The notes under the pieces were generated by a model. That model was not told the DNA's origin. It was given only the letters and a program-made list of their open reading frames with translations, and did not search any database. A stretch of 49,391 nt of DNA from a virus (taxonomy: Duplodnaviria; Caudoviricetes). The position numbers and the translations under genes were made by a program. This document shows, in pieces, positions 46,289 to 49,391 of this stretch (within the stretch, counting starts at the first letter, position 1; every line of letters starts with the position of its first letter). The DNA lies in the IMG/VR virus record IMGVR_UViG_3300030376_004391, positions 1-49,391 of that record; one strand, 5' to 3'.

Positions 46289-46677
46289 TTGACGGAATGA
46301 GAGCAACAGTGATCCAGCCATCAACATATGAATGGCAATCCAAGTCAGCGTGTCGCACAGAAGATCCATCATTGTTCTTCACCGAGACCGGACAATCATC
46401 AGGACCAGCGAAAGCGATCTGCGCTCAATGCCCAGTCGTGTTTGATTGTCTGCTGGACTCATTGATCCATGGAGACCGGTTCGGGATCTTCGGAGGACTG
46501 ACAGAGCGTGAACGCCGTGAAGTCAAACGCTACTGGTCAGCATTCCGAGACAGCGGAGCGGATCCAGAGTCGGCGTTGGAGTCAGCGATCAAAGAGTACG
46601 GCGATCGCCACGACAAGTTCAGCGTTGAGAGTTACATTCAAAACAGAGAAACAGAAAGCGAGGAGAATCATGGATGA
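46285..46677 (+). CDS. whiB: WhiB-family transcription factor
   Basis: W...SAC...LFF...AKAICAQCPV..C....FGIFGGLTERERR. Confidence 0.92.
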   Translation: MIDGMRATVIQPSTYEWQSKSACRTEDPSLFFTETGQSSGPAKAICAQCPVVFDCLLDSLIHGDRFGIFGGLTERERREVKRYWSAFRDSGADPESALESAIKEYGDRHDKFSVESYIQNRETESEENHG

Positions 46678-47143
46678 AGATATTGAGAAAATAATTGACG
46701 GCGCTCCTGATTACCTTCAGGACGCTTTGAGGAAAATGGCGACCGGAGAAGGCTACGTCAAAACCAATCCGGCGACGATGGGCGAGATCCGCTCCATGGA
46801 GTACGAGCCGAACGATGGCTTTGTCTATCGTGCGTCAGCGTGTCCAATTCCGTTCAGGGGATTTGAAGGCGGAGGCAATGTTGAGGACTACATGATCCTG
46901 ACGATCTGGAGTCCGTCCTACAACCCGACAGGGATCACATACGTCACTGAAACGAATGGATATCTGGCGGAGCATTACATCGCCGAGAAGTTTGATCCCC
47001 AAGGCAAGATGAATGACTTTGAGTTGGGAGCGGTTGTGCATCTGGCGAGAGCGATGCAACTCGGAGACGGAACACCAAAGCCAAAGACAGTGTTCCAAGT
47101 CATCACAGAATACATTGATGAGAAAGACAAAGATAATGAGTAG
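46670..47143 (+). CDS. Hypothetical protein
   Basis: AGGAG RBS before ATG 46670. Confidence 0.7.
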   Translation: MDEDIEKIIDGAPDYLQDALRKMATGEGYVKTNPATMGEIRSMEYEPNDGFVYRASACPIPFRGFEGGGNVEDYMILTIWSPSYNPTGITYVTETNGYLAEHYIAEKFDPQGKMNDFELGAVVHLARAMQLGDGTPKPKTVFQVITEYIDEKDKDNE

Positions 47144-47318
47144 AAAGAGGCTGGCGGTCAACACGATTGATTTCTGTGAGTGCGGAGACACTCGCTGGAT
47201 CAAAGCGAAGAAGTGGGAAGGCGGATTCGTGAAAACGTTCGTTGGCTACGTCAGTGTCTGCGCTCACTGTGGAGCCGAGTGGGAAAACCTCAGAAGCGAG
47301 CATCATCGTCATGAGTGA
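47136..47318 (+). CDS. Small zinc-ribbon protein
   Basis: CECG...CAHCG; overlaps both neighbours. Confidence 0.65.
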   Translation: MSRKRLAVNTIDFCECGDTRWIKAKKWEGGFVKTFVGYVSVCAHCGAEWENLRSEHHRHE

Positions 47319-47817
47319 TCTATTCCAGCAACCATCATTTGAATATCAGGAGACAACCGGATACGTCTCTGACTCTGACACCAGCATCAGTCACGCTCAG
47401 TTTGAGAAGCGCCGAGCCGGTCAAGTCCAAGACACAATCCTGTCAGCGATCAGCGCCACAGGAACGATCGGAGCGACCTCAGCGGAAGTTGAGGAGCGAA
47501 CAGGGCTGGCTCACCAAACAGTCAGTTCAGCGATCAGGAACATGGAACTGGACGGCTATGAGAAAGACAGGAGCAAAGGCAAGGTCGTCAAGTTGCGAAC
47601 GATTCGGAACGGCGGTCACGCTTACATCGCAACGGCGTTCATGTCGGAGATCCCAGCGAGCCAGACCATGGAGCCGAGCGTTCGCCGGACCTCGTGGAAG
47701 AAGAAACTGGCGGAGGTCATGACGGAGGTTGAGTCGGTTCTTCATTACCCTGAGCCGTTCCTCGCCAACCATTTGAGGGACTTGATCGCTGAGGTTCGGG
47801 CGGACCTTGAAAACTGA
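47311..47817 (+). CDS. Winged-HTH protein
   Basis: GATSAEVEERTGLAHQTVSSAIRNME. Confidence 0.7.
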   Translation: MSDLFQQPSFEYQETTGYVSDSDTSISHAQFEKRRAGQVQDTILSAISATGTIGATSAEVEERTGLAHQTVSSAIRNMELDGYEKDRSKGKVVKLRTIRNGGHAYIATAFMSEIPASQTMEPSVRRTSWKKKLAEVMTEVESVLHYPEPFLANHLRDLIAEVRADLEN

Positions 47818-47819
47818 CT

Positions 47820-47986
47820 TTTCAATGTTTTGTCTTTTTTGAGGCTCTTTTTTGCCTGTTTTTAAGAAATTTCTTTTTAGCAAAAACCCTTGGATTCTAG
47901 GGCTTATTTGGCGGTTTTGGAAAGAAATTCGCTCAACTGACGCTGAATGAGTTGCAAAGTTAGGTATTAGGACCTATCTTGGAGTC
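47820..47986 (+). promoter_or_regulatory. Cassette promoter C7 (upstream part similar to C1)
   Basis: TTGCAA-17-TATCTT, dyad 47961-47976, TTGGATTCTAGGGCT shared with C1. Confidence 0.85.
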
Positions 47987-48781
47987 ATGGAAACAACACA
48001 AGGAGAAACCAAAATGAATCCACAAGAAATAGACACACAAATCCAAGACAAGAGAATTGAACTCGGCAAACTCTTTGACAAAGAGGGACGAACAATCCTC
48101 AGCGCAATCAATTCTCTCTCATGGGTCCGAGATCAATTTGATTCACGGACTGATGAACTCACCGAAGTTGGACAAGAACTTCGTGATGCTTTCTTCGGAA
48201 CTTACCGAGGCAATAATGCTGGATACTGGTTCCAAGTAAGTGGAAGTGACAGAGCCGGAGTTGTAAACGCAAAGATCCGAGCATTTGGAATTGTAGAAAA
48301 CAACAACCCAGAGGTCGTCTCAGAAAAACTTTCAGCCGTTCGTGCAGAGATCGCAGAACTTGAAGCAGAGATCGCAGAACTCAACGGATCATACACCGGC
48401 TGGACACGATGGGAACTCTGCCTCGGCGGACACCTCCACAAATGCACACAAGGCGCACGATGCCACAGTCTTGACAAAGGTGTCAGCGGACGAAGCATGA
48501 CAGCATGGTTGCCACAGTTCTCCGGAATGGAATGGACAGAAGTTGCTTCACAACTCGGAGACGCAACCGTAGTATGTTCACACTGTGTTCCAGAGGCTCC
48601 GGTTGAATACCACACCAAACGAGAAGAAGGAATCTGCGAAGGTTCACGACAATTTCCAGTCAAAGGCAAATCACGCCAAGGATACTACACAGGGAATTAT
48701 CACACTTGCCCAGTCTGCGAAAAGAAAATAGGCGGAAAAGGACAAATGGTTCGGAAGCACAAAGTCGGATCAGGGTACTGA
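47987..48781 (+). CDS. Cassette 7 protein, coiled coil plus Cys/His-rich C-terminus
   Basis: METTQGETKM leader; GGHLH..C, CSHC, CPVC. Confidence 0.8.
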   Translation: METTQGETKMNPQEIDTQIQDKRIELGKLFDKEGRTILSAINSLSWVRDQFDSRTDELTEVGQELRDAFFGTYRGNNAGYWFQVSGSDRAGVVNAKIRAFGIVENNNPEVVSEKLSAVRAEIAELEAEIAELNGSYTGWTRWELCLGGHLHKCTQGARCHSLDKGVSGRSMTAWLPQFSGMEWTEVASQLGDATVVCSHCVPEAPVEYHTKREEGICEGSRQFPVKGKSRQGYYTGNYHTCPVCEKKIGGKGQMVRKHKVGSGY

Positions 48782-48788
48782 TCCGACA

Positions 48789-48891
48789 GGGTTGAGAGGT
48801 AACGCCTCCTCCGGATTCACGATCCGGCAACTCACGACTCGGAGAACAATCTCCGAATCACAAATACCACCAAGATCAAAAGGAGATCAAA
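48789..48891 (+). repeat. Structured intergenic repeat R5
   Basis: GGGTTG..CAACTC; CCGGA-TTCACGA-TCCGG; TCGGAGA-ACAA-TCTCCGA. Confidence 0.9.
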
Positions 48892-49158
48892 ATGAGTTTA
48901 AGAAACTGGATATCAAATTCCAAGAAAACACAAATCAATGAAGAAGCAATCATAGTTTATTCAAGAGAAGGAAGCAGAGTCACAACCACTGTTTCTGATC
49001 TGGACAAAATCATGATTAAAGCAGATTCACGAAATGAAATCGGCTTTGTGGAAATAGCAATGCTTTCCACACAGCAAGACATCAAGGTCAATTTGTCTGA
49101 AGATCAAGTACGATTTCTCAGAGATAAATTTGACGAGGCTCTAAAGTACCATTTCTAA
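48892..49158 (+). CDS. Hypothetical protein
   Basis: RBS from R5. Confidence 0.75.
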   Translation: MSLRNWISNSKKTQINEEAIIVYSREGSRVTTTVSDLDKIMIKADSRNEIGFVEIAMLSTQQDIKVNLSEDQVRFLRDKFDEALKYHF

Positions 49159-49172
49159 AAAAGGAGAAACTA

Positions 49173-49391
49173 ATGCAACCAATAAAAATCACAAAACCAT
49201 CAGCATATGATCCGATCCCTAGGCTCGGAATCTATGCTCGCTGGTACGAGGCGGAGAAACTAACGCCAGAGCAGAGGCAAGATCCAGAAGCGCTCGTGAT
49301 CCGAGACAAAGCAGTCCAGACCGCTCTCGTGAATCTGGACATGAGATTCCGAACATACGCTGAGGACTCATGGACAGCGATGGTTCTCAAA
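49173..49391 (+). CDS. Hypothetical protein, 5' part; continues across the junction to the stop at 277 (~115 aa)
   Basis: AAGGAG RBS then ATG at 49173 (MQPIKITKP...), in frame with ORF 53..277. Confidence 0.8.
   Translation, partial: MQPIKITKPSAYDPIPRLGIYARWYEAEKLTPEQRQDPEALVIRDKAVQTALVNLDMRFRTYAEDSWTAMVLK
49244..49391. repeat. Terminal direct repeat, copy 2
   Basis: Matches 1-148 with one mismatch. Confidence 0.95.

Overview
Apparently complete, circularly assembled ~49.2 kb siphovirus-type phage genome: bases 1-148 repeat at 49244-49391 with one mismatch. Two WhiB genes point to an actinobacterial host. The minus strand carries packaging, head, tail, lysis, replication and recombination genes; I recognised no integrase. 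Seven (plus one variant) dispersed, mostly opposite-strand cassettes of unknown genes interrupt this backbone. They share a sigma70-type promoter with a TAGG-N8-CCTA dyad, a transcript 5' end ATGGAAACAAC, five copies of a covarying tRNA-like intergenic RNA element ending in ACCACCAAGA..GGAG, and a cUUCGg terminator. The standout observation is a non-coding ~130 nt structured locus (about 4535-4665) whose loops are complementary to every class of conserved cassette leader. It looks like a multi-seed antisense RNA (or, on the other strand, a sponge) controlling a genome-wide regulon. All functional calls come from reading motifs by eye; no database searches were run.
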